Positions 11,840 to 57,925 of a stretch of DNA of 64,000 nt are shown here, piece by piece. Source of the stretch: Octopus vulgaris (Eukaryota); the NCBI GenBank assembly GCA_951406725.2, contig OX597825.1, forward strand, positions 87,296,001 through 87,360,000, given 5' to 3'. Positions within the stretch are counted from its first letter, which is position 1; each line of letters opens with the position of its first letter. Made by a program: the position numbers and the translations under genes. The notes beneath the pieces were generated by a model. It was not told the DNA's origin and did not search any database. It saw only the letters and a program-made list of their open reading frames with translations.

Positions 11840-13129
11840 ACACACTCACACACACATAGGCAAAGTAGAAAGGCAGGAAACATTCCGTCCAATTTAATTC
11901 GTAAGTCACTGTCGAACTTTTTCCATTTAGTGTGTCATAGCAAAGTCCAACTGTCGCTTCCATGCTTTCCATTCTGTTGATTGCAACCGGAAATTACAAA
12001 TATGGAGATGAAGCGAAATTAAATGGATCATCTATGATGGAAAATACTTCACAGACTCTGCTTTACACTTGATTACCACTATTTAACGTTGGTTGCAAGT
12101 ATTAATAGATAAAAATCTATTTATACTCAGAGCAAAACCAACGACTTTATCTTTTTTGTTTGGAAAGATCCAAACTTGTTTTCCGAACGAATTTCTGCTG
12201 TTAGCTATAACGTTTCAACGATATCCTGTTATTCATAGGAGTTAATACATAATTGTCTTTGTAGATCAAAATTCGGGAAATGGCGAAAATAGTATAGGTA
12301 CGTTACAGTTGATAGCTTGGCTTCTTAACTTGAGGGTGAGAGGCTATCATTTATCGTCTCAATGGAGCTACATTTCGAGCTAAACGTTCGTTTTACGAGA
12401 TATTATGCTGCGGAGGTAAGGGGTTATTAATTTTATCACATTTCGTATAAATAATAATAATAAAAAAATGCGAAATGTCTTTCCCTAAATTTGCCATTTC
12501 TTAGCTACGTGCCTGATCATACAGATTTTATAGAATTCTTTTTGTAATGACAGAGGCGATATATTTTTTTTCATATTTGCTATAATTGTACCATATTGTC
12601 GGCACATTTCCACAGCTACTTTGTATTCTATTACAAATCATCACAGTACGTATTCAGAATATATTACAGAGGCTCAACAGCGGGCAACTGTTAAGCTTCA
12701 CTTTCTACTCGGAATTAAGGGTTGGCATTTTCCTAACTTAATGCGTTCAATAACCAGATTATCGATTTCTTATATGGAAAGAAAGATATAAATTTATAGA
12801 GGAGTTCCCATCGAGAATATATGAAGTTTTTATGCTCATTCATACTTATTTTATGAGCAGAAGAAAGATGAAAGGATAAAGCGAGTTTAATTTCTATGTC
12901 ACTCCTTTCCTGTCACAAGCAACATGAACGAAACGACAGCGGAATCATAAATACGCCATATTCCTACAGTGTATTGGCTCTTTGGAGGCCATTATTTGTC
13001 GCATACACGATCGCATTAGGGACTAATCTAATTGAGACATTCACAAATATGATTTACGACCGTTTCGTTTTCATTAAAGCGTCCGACATTTGTTCTTCCG
13101 ATATTAGTTCTGGCTGATTAGGCTCGTAT

Positions 13130-13267
13130 TTCTAATCCTGCCCAAGTCATCTTTGCCTTTCGTCCTTTCGGTTCGATAAATTACAAGATCAGTCACGTTC
13201 TGAGCCGATAACATCGATTAACCCACACCCACCAAGATTCCTTACCTCGAGCTTCTGTGAAACACCA
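13130..13267 (+). mobile_element. Diverged SINE 3' part ending in (TTC)n; near-identical tail at 30273-30350
   Basis: CTTTGCCTTTCGTCCTTTCGGTTCGATAAATT body; shared CAAGATTCCTTACCTCGAGCTTCTGTGAAACACCA(TTC)n. Confidence 0.7.
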
Positions 13268-13618
13268 TTCTTCTTCTTCTTCTTCTTCTTCTTCTTCTTC
13301 TTCTTCTTCTTCTTCTTCTTCTTCTTCTTCTTCTTCTTCTTCTTCTTCTTCTTCTTCTCCTTCTTCTTCTTCTTCTTCTTCTTCTTCTTCTTCTTCTTCT
13401 TCTTCTTCTTCTCCTTCTTCTTCTCCTTCTTCTCCTTCTTCTTCTTCTTCTTCTTCTTCTTCTTCTTCTTCTTCTTCTTCTTTCTTCTTCTTCTCCTTCT
13501 TCTTCTTCTTCTTCTTCTTCTTCTCCTCCTTCTTCTTCTTCTTCTTCTTCTTCTTCTTCTTCTTCTTCTTCTTCTTCTTCTTCTTCTTCTTCTTCTTCTT
13601 CTTCTTCTTCTTCTTCTT
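13268..13618. repeat. (TTC)n polypyrimidine microsatellite, about 350 bp
   Basis: Seen directly; few CTC interruptions. Confidence 0.98.
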
Positions 13619-13958
13619 TATTTGCGAGTAACTGCTATTATGTTCCGAACAAACCCTTCTTGAATATTCTAGTTCGATGTTCCGCTATTCAAAACATTTC
13701 GTCTCCCCTCTTGAATTTCAATTTTCCCATCATCAGCTGCTGATAGTTATTTGGATGGGCAGGACTTATGTACATTCACATACATAAATGCATGTTTATG
13801 TGTATATACACATGTATGTATGCATTGATACACATGTGTATGCATATATACACACACACACACGTACACACACACAAACACACATATATGTATATATATA
13901 TAAACATATATACACATATGTATTCACAAACACACATATATGTGTGTCTATATATAAG

Positions 13959-14010
<52 letters not shown>

Positions 14011-14052
14011 CACAAACACACATATATGTGTGTATATATACACATATGTATT

Positions 14053-14088
<36 letters not shown>

Positions 14089-14969
14089 CATAGAATATGT
14101 ACCGTCAGTGGCAAATTGAGGCCTTTGACAGTGCTGTCAAAGTGTTACATACAAAACACATGCACACATAGAACACTCACACAGGCGCGCACACACGCAC
14201 TCACACACACACACATACATACATACATACGCAGAGCTTTAACTCATAAACTGGCAAGTCTATAACCCGTTTGCCATTCACAGCTTATTATTACACCTTC
14301 ATCTGGTTATGATAACGTATGTAACTTATATCTCCTGTTTATTACAATAAGCAATCGCAATGTCGATACAAGGCACCTGATATATGCAATCTATAAGAGC
14401 TGCTGAATGGGGGGGGGAGGCTGTGTTAATCTTGGAAACACCAAATAATCGAACAGCTTATTGAAATTTCATCTGTTACATCGGATCGTATCGGGTGTAA
14501 TCTAAACAGTCGCAATATTAGCCATTTTTGGTAAAGATGGCAGAGCAATGATATTTGCCAAAGCTGCCACCGGAGAAAATGTCATACTCGCTCCACACTC
14601 AACGGGAAACTATGTTGTTTATTAGGAAAGAATGGTATTTGATATAAGGTATTAATATCATCCATTGATAAATAATTTGATATATTCATTGCCTTCATTT
14701 CAGCTGAAGATAAAATGTTATCAATGCCTTTTATCTTATCATCGCAATCTAACAATGTAGAAGTGCCCGGCAATCTATATACAAAATATATACATCCGTA
14801 TGTGCATCTTGAAGTGGAAGCAATGCTGTAGATGCACGTGGACGTACGGTGACTGCACGTGTTGCATTGTGAATGCACGTTAAGAGATGCATATTAATAT
14901 TATTGCTTTTTATTGCATATGTGCATGTGCGTATATGTATACACACATATATATACACATATATATATG

Positions 14970-15005
<36 letters not shown>

Positions 15006-15033
15006 AATATATATATGTATATATATATATATG

Positions 15034-15086
<53 letters not shown>

Positions 15087-15316
15087 ATGTGTACATGTAT
15101 ATATTTATATGTATATATACTTATATATATATATTCACATACATGTATAAATATATATGCGTATAAATATATGTGTATATATATATGTATATATATATAT
15201 AGTAGTATTAACAGAAAAGAGGAATTTCGGTTGTCCCCACGTGGTGGACTGTAATGTATATAAGAAATTAAAAAAGGAAAATACGCACACTTACATGGTT
15301 ATAATATAATTTTTAA

Positions 15317-15353
15317 TATATCGACCGGTTTCGCAATCGCTATACATGATATA
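15317..15353 (-). ncRNA. Inverted copy of the minimal hammerhead motif (core AUGUAUA)
   Basis: Reverse complement reads UAUAUC-AUGUAUA-GCGAUUGC-GAAA-CCGG-UC-GAUAUA with a 6-bp stem I. Confidence 0.55.
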
Positions 15354-15984
15354 GTGTTTAATTTATATGAATATATATTTTTTCTTAAGAAGAAATTTGG
15401 TCCATGTTGTTGTAATGAAATTCACGAGTGAATGAATTTACAAGTTGACAAGTAAAGGGAGGTACATTGGACAAACGAGTTTAACTTTGAGGAAGAGAAT
15501 CACTCTGCATAAGGAGCAAATGCGTTTCTCGCAATACAGACAAATTCCTCTTAGTGAACACATAGAAAAATGTGCAGGTAACATCAAACCAAATTTTACA
15601 GTCTTCCCTTTCTACCAGTGCAAAGACACAATCTCTCAACTAGAACGCTTAAATAAAGAAACTTTTTTCTTTGAAAAATACAAAACGCATCTTATTATGC
15701 ACGCATAACCAACTTTTATATTTTTACATATTACATCACTGTACATAAATCCCCTATTAAACAAGGTCCCTTTTTTAAACCTGTCTCCTTTCTGTACACA
15801 TATTTATTCCCCACCCAAAACCTAAACAGTTATCTCCCTTACACACAACAATAACAATAATAACAACCAATTACCTCCTTTTACTTGTCAACTTGTAAAA
15901 TCATTCTCTCGTGAATTTCATTACAAACAACATGGACCAAATTTCTTCCTAAGAAAAAAATATATATTCATATAAATTAAATAT

Positions 15985-16021
15985 TATATCATGAATAGCG
16001 ATTGCGAAACCGGTCGATACA
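15985..16021 (+). ncRNA. Minimal type-I hammerhead ribozyme motif, A3-U8 variant core
   Basis: UAUAUC-AUGAAUA-GC GAUU GC-GAAA-CCGG-UC-GAUACA; stem I UAUC/GAUA, palindromic ACCGGU helix III, GUC triplet. Confidence 0.65.
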
Positions 16022-16082
16022 TTAAAAATCATATTATAACCATGTAAGTGTGCGTATCTTCCTTTTTTATATATATATATTT

Positions 16083-16115
<33 letters not shown>

Positions 16116-18314
16116 CTTTGCATATTAACATTTACCTCGCAGCCCAGCCGTGATAATAATAACACATAACTACGAGTCAAATTGTTTTTCTATAAATGAA
16201 TACGTGTAAAGCCGTCAATGTATCCGTAGATATGACTGTCTGTAACGATACGGTTTGCTTTTACGGTGAACTCTATTCTAATAGTTCTTGCGGCGTAGTA
16301 GCAAACGAGAACCTTTTGTCAGCCGATATGCATTAGTTTATGTGTTAGGAACGATTAGGGGATCGGTATCTATGAAGGTTTATTATCTAAAATATTCTTA
16401 GTGACATGGAAGTTATGAATTGTCCTACAAAAGAAATCTATGGCATAAATGCTGTTTTTCCTGTTGCTTCCTATTTATGGTTGTGAATTATACAAGTATT
16501 GTATTTCCTGTCTGGATTGAGAGCTATTTCTGTCAAAATTCCCGAGAAGATATTTCGTTCTGTAAAATCATTTTTCCGCTAGAATATTTCTTAGCAAAAT
16601 TCAATGTTGCACAAGCGAATAAATATAAAGATTGCCTTTTGGCATTGATTCTTTGGTTATTGCTTTTTAATAAGCCCACTGGCTATTTGCTACATCAATG
16701 CCTGGATAAACACTGAGACTCTATTGTTGACAGAAGATTCGGCAGTTATGTCGCTACTGGACACCTGTCACTGAGGAACTCATGCAGGGCGAAATCACAG
16801 GATTTAGTAATTCCGGTGGCCGTAGCAGACGGTTCGCGTCTGTCTAGGATATAATTACGAATGTTTTTATGAGGTATACAGTATATGCATATATTTGTGT
16901 GAGGGTGGTAGTGGTTGAGGTGGGTTATTAAGTGACACACCATAGTTTTTACGAATAGTGTGCTGCATAGGTTACGGGTATTAATAACCAGAAGTAATAA
17001 AATACTTTCCAATTTTTACCTGTCCGACACTTAATGTTTCTGGGTTTTCAATATTTTTAGCGTCCGTCAGGTTTACAATATTTGCAATGAAAAGTTTAAA
17101 ATCAATGGATATATTTAGATATATTTAGACTTCAAGAAAGGAAGAGAAATTTGCAATAATAGAGAAAGAAAAGCATTAGAAGGATGAGGAAAAGGCGAGG
17201 CGGAAAGATCTGAAAACATTTTCAGAAGTGTAGAAGTAAGCTTTAGAAATTCCAAAACATGGTTCGCAAAATTCTATTATAGATTACAACATCTCAAAGT
17301 TTGAGGTATCATATATTTTCAGTTTCCAGTTTTACAGTGGAAGTGGGGTTGCGATACTTTTGAGTTCCTGATATGATATGCCTGGTGTTTCTATCGCTTC
17401 TTAGATGTACTTACTGTAAACCCTTAAGAGATCCGTTCATTTTGTTTTGTTAAATTCACTTTAACACAGGACATGAATTCTATGTTTAGGCATTTGTCTT
17501 CAAATGGGCAAGTGTTCATGCTGGCACAACTGAACTGGACCTGGTCAAATGATGCGAGGCTGCTGTTGTAATATTTTCTGCTAATGTAGGAAACGAATTT
17601 TTTTATGTATATAGTGCAGCTTTAGGCAACATTTATGGAATTTTGCTGACGATTTCATGATAATTGTGACAGACATATACAGATACACACATACACACAT
17701 GCATACATACAAATACACGTATGTATATATAAATGTCCACACCCAACCAAAAAAAAAAAGCCTAAAGCAGAGAGAAACATTCCTCCTACAGACGGACACA
17801 CAAATATGAGGTGCGTTTCGATAGTTTTGAGCCTGACTGTGAAATAAAAATTAAAAAAAACGAAAGTATTCATTTTCTGCTGTACACATATATGTGTGCG
17901 TGCATTTCTGGTTATGCTTGTAGTGTGTGTGTGTGTGTGAATTTTCTTTCCTACTTTCTCTTTCCTCCATCTTTAAAGATGCTTCAGCCTCGCATCCATT
18001 ATCGAGATGACATTGAGATCTCGCTATCATAACGACTATTAACGTCTCAAGGCTTTCCCCTCCAAAATAGGAATATATTCTTGCAGCACATTAGTTGACA
18101 GTTGCAATATAAATCATCTTCCTTCAGTACATTTCTTCTCTAAAATATATATAACATATAAATCATGTGGCGTATAAACCTGTACGGAAGATTATCAATT
18201 GTTTAATCAAATATTTCATAGGAAGTGAGAGAAAAAAAAACCCCTGCTATAATGAAAATAACAAACGAAAAAAATTAGAAAATGTTCTCTTGGAATATTA
18301 AATTCGAAATGAAG

Positions 18315-18405
18315 CAACAACAAATATAACAACGACGACGACGCTGATCATAATAATAATAAAGATGATGATGATTCTGAGGATAATAACAATAACAACA
18401 ACAAC

Positions 18406-18449
<44 letters not shown>

Positions 18450-18522
18450 TGATGATAATAATAATAATAATAATGATGCTGAGGATAATAACAATAACAA
18501 TAACAACAACAACAACAAAAAC

Positions 18523-18586
<64 letters not shown>

Positions 18587-18664
18587 CATTAAGAACAACA
18601 TCAACACCAATAATAATAAATCATGATCAGTTATTATCGCTGCTTTTATTGTTGTTGATGTTGC

Positions 18665-18724
<60 letters not shown>

Positions 18725-18770
18725 GATTATTATTATTATTGTTGTAGTTGTTGTTGTTGTTGTTGTAGTA
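18315..18770. repeat. Compound triplet array, (AAT/AAC)n followed by (ATT/GTT)n
   Basis: Seen directly. Confidence 0.95.
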
Positions 18771-20002
18771 AACAATTTGAAAATCGAAGACAAAATTCCC
18801 GAGTAAAATGAAATTTAGTTGAGTTACATTTTTATGCGTAAATTAATTTCTTAGGATTTTGTATTCCATTTCATCCTCAGATTGACAGGGTTTCCAGAAG
18901 AATTCGTGGATTAAAAAAAAAAGGAAAAAAGTAGTAAATTTGGGAATATCAGATCCGTTAATATAATCATGATTCAAAAGTCTGACACCAATCGCTTAAA
19001 AGGACGTCGCTATTGATTGAGCTGTTGGAAAGAAATGTCTTTTGGTTTAATCTGCCTTACGTGTGAACATCACAGCAGTTCCAAATAGCGCCGATTCCTG
19101 ATGGATACGAAATTACTTCACTCTATTGATTATTTCACTAGCGTCCCCTTTCTTTCGTGCTTCGGATTTTTCTTTTTTACTTCACACTTCGATAAAAGGT
19201 TTGTCTTCATATAAAGGCAGAACAGAAATTGCCTTCTCTACAAAGAACAATTCTCTTTTCATGTGGAAATGAGAAATACTTGAATAAATTTGCCAGTGAA
19301 TATCTGATAACCTACAAAACTTGTGAAATCGGTTGAAGATTGCGATCAAACGTACGTTTTATGGAAGAATGCTTTAATTTCGGCACTAAATGGAGAATTA
19401 CGGCATGTTAAAAGTGATTCGGTTGAAATATAGGTTTATAGAAACTGCATTTTGTTATTTGAAATGTCAAGGTGAGCTTGAGAGGAAGAGGGAATTTATT
19501 GCCCAGATTTATGCAAATGAGAAAAAGATAATAAACATCCTCATATTATGAAAATGTGGCTAGGAATGTAATAATTATTTGGCATGTTAACAAAGGCGGG
19601 TAGTGAGTGTGTAGTAACACTAACGGTGGCACCCAAGCTTGGCCGCAGCTTACAGTCTAAAACAAGTAAGAGATACGAGTAAGATCGCTTGACACACGAG
19701 AAACATTAAAATATTTACTCCAACGTTTAGACATTGTTATAGAAGTGTTATTAAATGTGTTGTTGTATCCTTATACGATATTATGATTGAAGAAACGAAG
19801 CTGGAATTAAAATTAACAGGGATTAATAACAAAATAAGCTAAGCCTGGCATTTGGTTTAAATGTAGGCTGTGTAATTAATCCGACATAGCAATTTGGAAA
19901 CATATCTAAATTCTATCGCACGGCACTCCATTGCTGCTTCAGATATATGTATATGTATATGTATACACACACAGAGACACACACAGACACAGACACAGAC
20001 AG

Positions 20003-20085
<83 letters not shown>

Positions 20086-21699
20086 GGCATATACGCACAT
20101 GTACGTGTGTGTGTGTGTGGCTACAATATCAAATGACTGTTAGATACGAGAAGTTTATATGTGTACATTGGTGATTAGAATTAGCTCATTAAAACAACAC
20201 GAATTAAAGGTGTCAAACAAATTTCCTGATTTAATTTACTGTATTCTTATCTTCATCAAAATGTCCGTCTTCACAGTTCAGGAAATGATCAATTATGATG
20301 GTCAATTGTTTGAAATGGTTTCTAAGTATGAACTTGAAATATTTACTATTTACGATAGCAAACATAAGTTAAACTGCTATAACTAGCCGTTTAGTAGACC
20401 CTTAATGACGAACATAATGTTGAAATACATCTATGGCTGTTGTCGCATGCGTTCGTCATTAATTTTCAGAGAAAAATGGATGAACAAAATATTAAATGTG
20501 GTACCAGTCACCATTCACGTCCTGAAAAATGTCAGGTTCTCTCTTAAACTTTCATTTAATACAGAATGTAAGAGCAGGCACAGAAATGGCTAAATTTAAT
20601 ATCTTTAACAAGCTGGCTTCGCACACACTGTCAGAGAAAACCCTCAAACGTTTTGTCATCATCATCGTCATCATCGTCGTAATTGCCGTGGTTGTGGTCG
20701 TCGACGAGGTCTCGCCATCCTCATAATCATGACGACTAGCACCGTCATTGCCACCACGATGACGACAACGACGACCGCCGCCGCCGCCACCACCACCACC
20801 ACCATTGGCCTCCATTCAACAACGACAATCACAGTAACAGCAAAAGCAGGAGCCGTATGACAAGGCCATCAACTGCAGCCAAAGATTATATTACATTTAG
20901 GATAATTTCAATGTCAACTTTAAGGTCTCGTTTGAAGAGAACTTTCTAGCAATTGTCATGTGTTCGTGACATATCAACGAACCCTTCCCCCCGTTCTCTT
21001 TTACATCTTCACAACTTCAGGAGAATCACGTTTGCAACAAATATCGATCATTCTCTAACGATATGCTCAAGAAGCAAATCCGATTGATTGACGCAATGGT
21101 ATGCACCATTTAATCGTAATACGAGATGACATTTCACCGGAGTTTAAGGCCCCCAAGACATTACTGTGATTGACAGGGAATTTTTGAAAAAAACCTGGTT
21201 CAGTGCAAGAATTAAAGATCGAAGCAAGGGGGGATAAGATATATATTGATTGATTAAACATGATCTATGCCCAGAACTGTAAAGCCAGTTAACCGATGTA
21301 TTCTCTACGGATCCCTGGTTATCAAGATATCATTTCCTCAGTAACTTCGATTTAATTTCAGTTTCAAAAAATATAGCTACAGGAACAACAAAGAATAAAA
21401 ATGTTGAATGTCTGTTTGACACACATCTCTAGTTTAGTTAGGTTATAATGAAAACTACATTGCATTGACTAGATTATCCCTTCATTTCGTTATAGCGATC
21501 CTTAGCCTTGGATTGAACTAGAAATGTGATATGGGTTGATTCACACAATGCAAAAACACTCACACGCAAACACAAACACATGCATATAATACATGTATAT
21601 ATATATATTTATATATACATATATATGTGTTTGTATATGTATGTACCTATCTAAATCCATAATCCTTCTCTCTATCCCTCTCCTCCCCCTCTCTCTCTG

Positions 21700-21740
<41 letters not shown>

Positions 21741-22544
21741 ATGTATGTACGTGTGCATGTATGTATATAATATAAAGGAAGAAGAAAGTGGAGATTTTGA
21801 AGTTAATAAATGTCTGTTATGAACAACAAATCGAACATTATCCCTTAACGCTGTTTCAATTATGCGTAATGAAATTAATTAAATATTAGGTTCATATTTC
21901 TGAGCAAAATCTCTTCAGAGGCGAAAAGGCACCCTTAGATGTTTTGTTTAAACAATAAAATAGGTTGTTCGTTTGTCAAACTCCTTTCAACACACTCTTT
22001 CACATCAAAACTCTTGCAAACCAAGTACAAAAAGAAAATATACACACACATGTACACACACACACATGCACACACACACACACACGTACACACACACACA
22101 CACGTACACATACACACATACGTACACACACATAATTTACACACATACACTTGTAAGACATTATTCAATGAATGAATGTCAGTGGTCGCAACATTTGCCG
22201 ACCGCCATGGTTCTTACGTCTGAACGTTTATAAAAGGTAACTCGCCGAACTCCATGTCTTCTGCTGCTTGCAGAACATTTCTTATAGACGTCAGTATAGA
22301 TTCTTTACATGAATTGTCCAGCAAGCTGATGCCATACTCCATCTGTGCTGGTAATTTTCAGCTTCCAGCCACTCGTATCATTTGATGACAGAAGGCATTG
22401 AGAACGGAACAGCGAATCTAGTGACAATGATATTATTGGTGTAATATGGACGATGCAGAGTCTTTGAAGTCTTGTTAGAAATAATTGTCAGATAAAATAT
22501 ATTTGTGGTATTGCATATGCGTATCTCCAGGTATGGTAAATATG

Positions 22545-22578
22545 TATCTATATCTATATCTATATTTATATCTCTATC

Positions 22579-22663
<85 letters not shown>

Positions 22664-22688
22664 ATATCTATCAATCTATCTATCAATA

Positions 22689-22727
<39 letters not shown>

Positions 22728-22728
22728 A

Positions 22729-22764
<36 letters not shown>

Positions 22765-22784
22765 AACCTCTCTATCTATCTATC

Positions 22785-22825
<41 letters not shown>
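22545..22825. repeat. (CTAT)n plus (TA)n microsatellite
   Basis: Seen directly. Confidence 0.95.
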
Positions 22826-22826
<1 letters not shown>

Positions 22827-25022
22827 AAATACATAGAATCCACATTTCATTATAGTATGGTATATATACACGCACACACACACACACACAACCACACATA
22901 CACACACCAATACGGATAGTGTTTCTTGTAAGTAGAGTTAGATGAATGGCTGCAAGTGTTTTCTTTAGAACTTGCTGTAGATTATCCTCGTCCTGTCTGC
23001 TTATGTATAGTAGTTGTGTTACTGCTGTACTTCACGGTGTTACTAGTTATGAAATACAGAACAAATGTTGGCGAAATTAATAAATGCCAGTGTGTTTCAT
23101 TAGTTTCTGCCTATCTTTTGTCATTACGGTTGCTTGGAGCCCTGTATTGAATGCTCTGAATGCCCTGTTATTGAATGCCCTGTATTGAATGCTCCAGGTG
23201 CGTTTGGATGCTTCACCACAACAGATAATCAAATGTCATTAGGCCTCATTAGATCTCATTCCCTTCTTATATTGAATATGTAGGATATCATATTTTCTTC
23301 GACATACGTAAATGAATGGATGGTGTTATATAATGTGAGACTGTTTATACACTTGGCCTTTATGTATGTAGTATGTCGCTTATGAGTAGTTATTCTCGTT
23401 CGCATGTCTGGAAACTAGTTGTTACTAACAGCAGTTTACTTATTTCTCGATCGCTTCATAACAGAGAAACCGTATACATACATTTATGTGAGTTAAAGAA
23501 TGAAACTCGCAACCAGCCTTCGGCTACCTTACAATATTCTTAGAAGTCAGTTGTTTAGGATTAATGTCTGCATAATTTCAGGACCGATAAAGATCTCACT
23601 TGATTGATAAAATACGCTTTTATTGGTAAAAATATTTTTCAAAATATTTACTATAGCTTCACCTGAAATTTCACATTATTGCATTTTTTAGAGCTTCCAT
23701 TATATCCGAGTGCGATTATATATAACAAATTAAGCAACAGACACTGTTGCCATTTACCTCTTTCTCCTTCACTTTTTCCTCTCTCATTTTCTTTTCTCTC
23801 TTTCTCTCTCTCCTCTTTCTTTTCTCTATTCTCTTTCTCTCTCTCTCTTGTCGGTTTAATCTCTCACAGAACCGCAAAGCAGCGTCACTTTGGAACATTA
23901 TAATTGATTACAACACGTTTCCTTTAATTAGAATAGTTCTCAATCTACAATGAAAGTCAAACTGCAAGTAACAGAGTTGCCCGAGGCATCACCATTTTCC
24001 TGATAATTCTAAATTAATATTCATTAGAAACCGTCGACTAAGCTGCTCGTAATTTTCTCTTTACTCATTTAACTCTTATCCCTCAATGACTAAATCACTC
24101 AAAACACCCACAACAGTTGATAACATAATGATTCATTACTAATTGATCTTCATTCAAGTGCGGCCTCTTTCGGTTGATATTATCAGAGCCTACCACCCAC
24201 TGCACACACCGAGATTGCTGCACGTCTCATTCATTAACATAAAGAGACAAGTAAAAATTAAGATTATTATCTTTGCTAACATTTCTTTCTCTCTACTTCA
24301 TTGTTGCAGCATGTTTTGACACGGCTCAGGCCAACATTTTAATAACTTTAAATAAAAGTTAAATGTGTGTGTGTATGTGCGTGTGTGTGTGTGTGTGCTA
24401 CTTATACAGTGTGTCATAGACTATAATTTAAAAACTTTTTGAAGTAAAGTTAGCAAATTAGTCTTGTGTTGTCCTATCTACCTTCAAGCCATGCTCTCAT
24501 AGGATTTGAACTTAGCATATCGCGCTATCTAACAACAATCCGCTTTACTTTGATGTTACTGGTGCTTCTCCAGCGATAATTACTATCAGCAGGGTAGACT
24601 ATGGATTTAGGGATTAATTTTTTTGCCTAAAGGCATCATGATGAGCTGGTGACATTGAATCATTCAGCGAACCGAGTTCTCCTCTTCCGTGAGCCAACGA
24701 TTTTTTGGTCTAGAAGTAAATACTATTGCGAAATCCAAAATCTGTCGGTTCACGACATCAGTTACCATGTTGTTAGTTACAGAATAAAGATAAGAAAATG
24801 TTTTAGAATATTTCACTTCCTGTACCTAATAACTGAGCAAAGAGGATCTGCTAATGACAGCCGCATTGTATTTCTGTGGATGAATAAACAAGTGGGGAAG
24901 TAAATGGATGGGAGAGTCATTCGGACACGGTTCGGAACTGCTTCAGTTTCTGTGCTCCTGAAAGAAGGGATACAAATAAATTAAGGAAACTGAAACAGGA
25001 CCGATAATTGAATACTTCACAA

Positions 25023-25324
25023 TACATACATACATACATACGTACATACATACACACACATACATACATACATTCATACGTACATACATACATACATACA
25101 TACATACATACATACATACATACATACATACATACATACACACATGCATACATACATATACACACACACATACATACATACATACATACATACGTACATA
25201 CATACATAAATACATACATACATACATGTATACATACATACACACACATACATACATACATACATACATACATACATACATACATACATGCATACATACA
25301 TACATATGTGTTTATATATATAAA

Positions 25325-25370
<46 letters not shown>
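25023..25370. repeat. (TACA)n plus (TA)n microsatellite
   Basis: Seen directly. Confidence 0.95.
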
Positions 25371-25371
<1 letters not shown>

Positions 25372-25542
25372 GCAAACGCATGCATACATATATACATATG
25401 GACACACTTAAACACACACACACACACAGACATATAATGGAGTACATAAGTAAGTAGTCATAATTTCAATTGAATTGCATCTATCAACTGACAGTTCCAT
25501 TTATCATCAACCAATTTAATTATTTTTCCGTTTAATTTTCAG

Positions 25543-57105
<31,563 letters not shown>

Positions 57106-57397
57106 GTACGTTTTCATTTAAATATTCATAAAATTGATTTTCCTAAGTTATTGGAATCACAATCAGTTGATGACCCGTAGCGGAAATAATCTTGTGGTTC
57201 GCTGTAAAAGTATATTCATATTATTGGTATTAATTGCAGATATGTATATTTATACAGAGAGATATGTGAGAATGAAAGTGAGAGAGAGAGAGAGAGAATG
57301 AGAGAGAATGAGGCGAGTTAGTGAGGGAAACAGAGGCAGGAGAACAGAAAAGGTGTCGGTAAATGGTTGTGTTTGTTTGTATATATATATAGGGAGA

Positions 57398-57570
57398 ATT
57401 CACAAAGAAAACAAAAGACGAAAACAAGTGGTGTAGACAACAAGCAGATGTATTTGTCTAACGCTCGGGAAATGAAAAAGTATTTACCGTTTCGAGCCTA
57501 CGCTCTTCTACAGAAAGGAACACAGAAAGAAACAAGGAGAGAAAATAAAAAATGTGTAGTGCCTATAGGT
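57398..57570 (-). mobile_element. Second copy of the 2990-3175 repeat with degenerate hammerhead-like motif (57481-57518)
   Basis: Reverse complement contains CCUUU-CUGUAGAA-GAGCGUAGGCUC-GAAA-CG-GU-AAAUA; cleavage triplet and stem I decayed. Confidence 0.6.
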
Positions 57571-57847
57571 AGATGTATTTAGGAGGGGACGTCAAAGAGA
57601 AAGACGCGAAGAGTGAGGAAAGAACTGGCAATATATTCCTTGATTGCTCAAAGAATTTATTACTTCTTTAGATAATCAACTTACACGTGGATTGGATATG
57701 ATAAAACGAGGCGAAATGTATTTGGTGAATGTTGTTATTTTGGCGAAATGACTATAACTTAGTCTGTTTCAATACATTAAGAACCTAAAAAAACATGCAA
57801 GAACTACATATACATAGATACGCAGAGGCACACGCTCTCTCTCTCTC

Positions 57848-57925
<78 letters not shown>

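Larger units (their letters stand above)
15257..16090 (+). mobile_element. 5'-truncated Penelope-like element: GIY-YIG endonuclease C-terminal fragment, 3' pseudo-LTR and inverted pseudo-LTR copy
   Basis: 15463-15700 encodes YIGQTSLTLRKRITLH...LSEHIEKC...ERLNKE...Y (GIY-YIG). 15257-15470 is an inverted copy of 15867-16090. Each arm has a minimal hammerhead fold. Flanked by (TA)n. Confidence 0.85.

Noticed and set aside
20586-20726. MAKFNIFNKLASHTLSEKTLKRFVIIIVIIVVIAVVVVVDE, resembling a type II signal anchor for the neprilysin
   Set aside because: The hydrophobic run comes from a degenerate ATC/GTC triplet tract that continues past the stop, and there is no phase-1 GT donor to join 25543; not fully excluded without RNA data
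22956-23150. Hydrophobic ORF (VCLCIVVVLLLYFTVLLVM) as possible transmembrane exon
   Set aside because: No suitable phase-1 donor after the hydrophobic run; region runs into short tandem repeats (TGAATGCCCTGTAT) and looks like repeat-derived DNA
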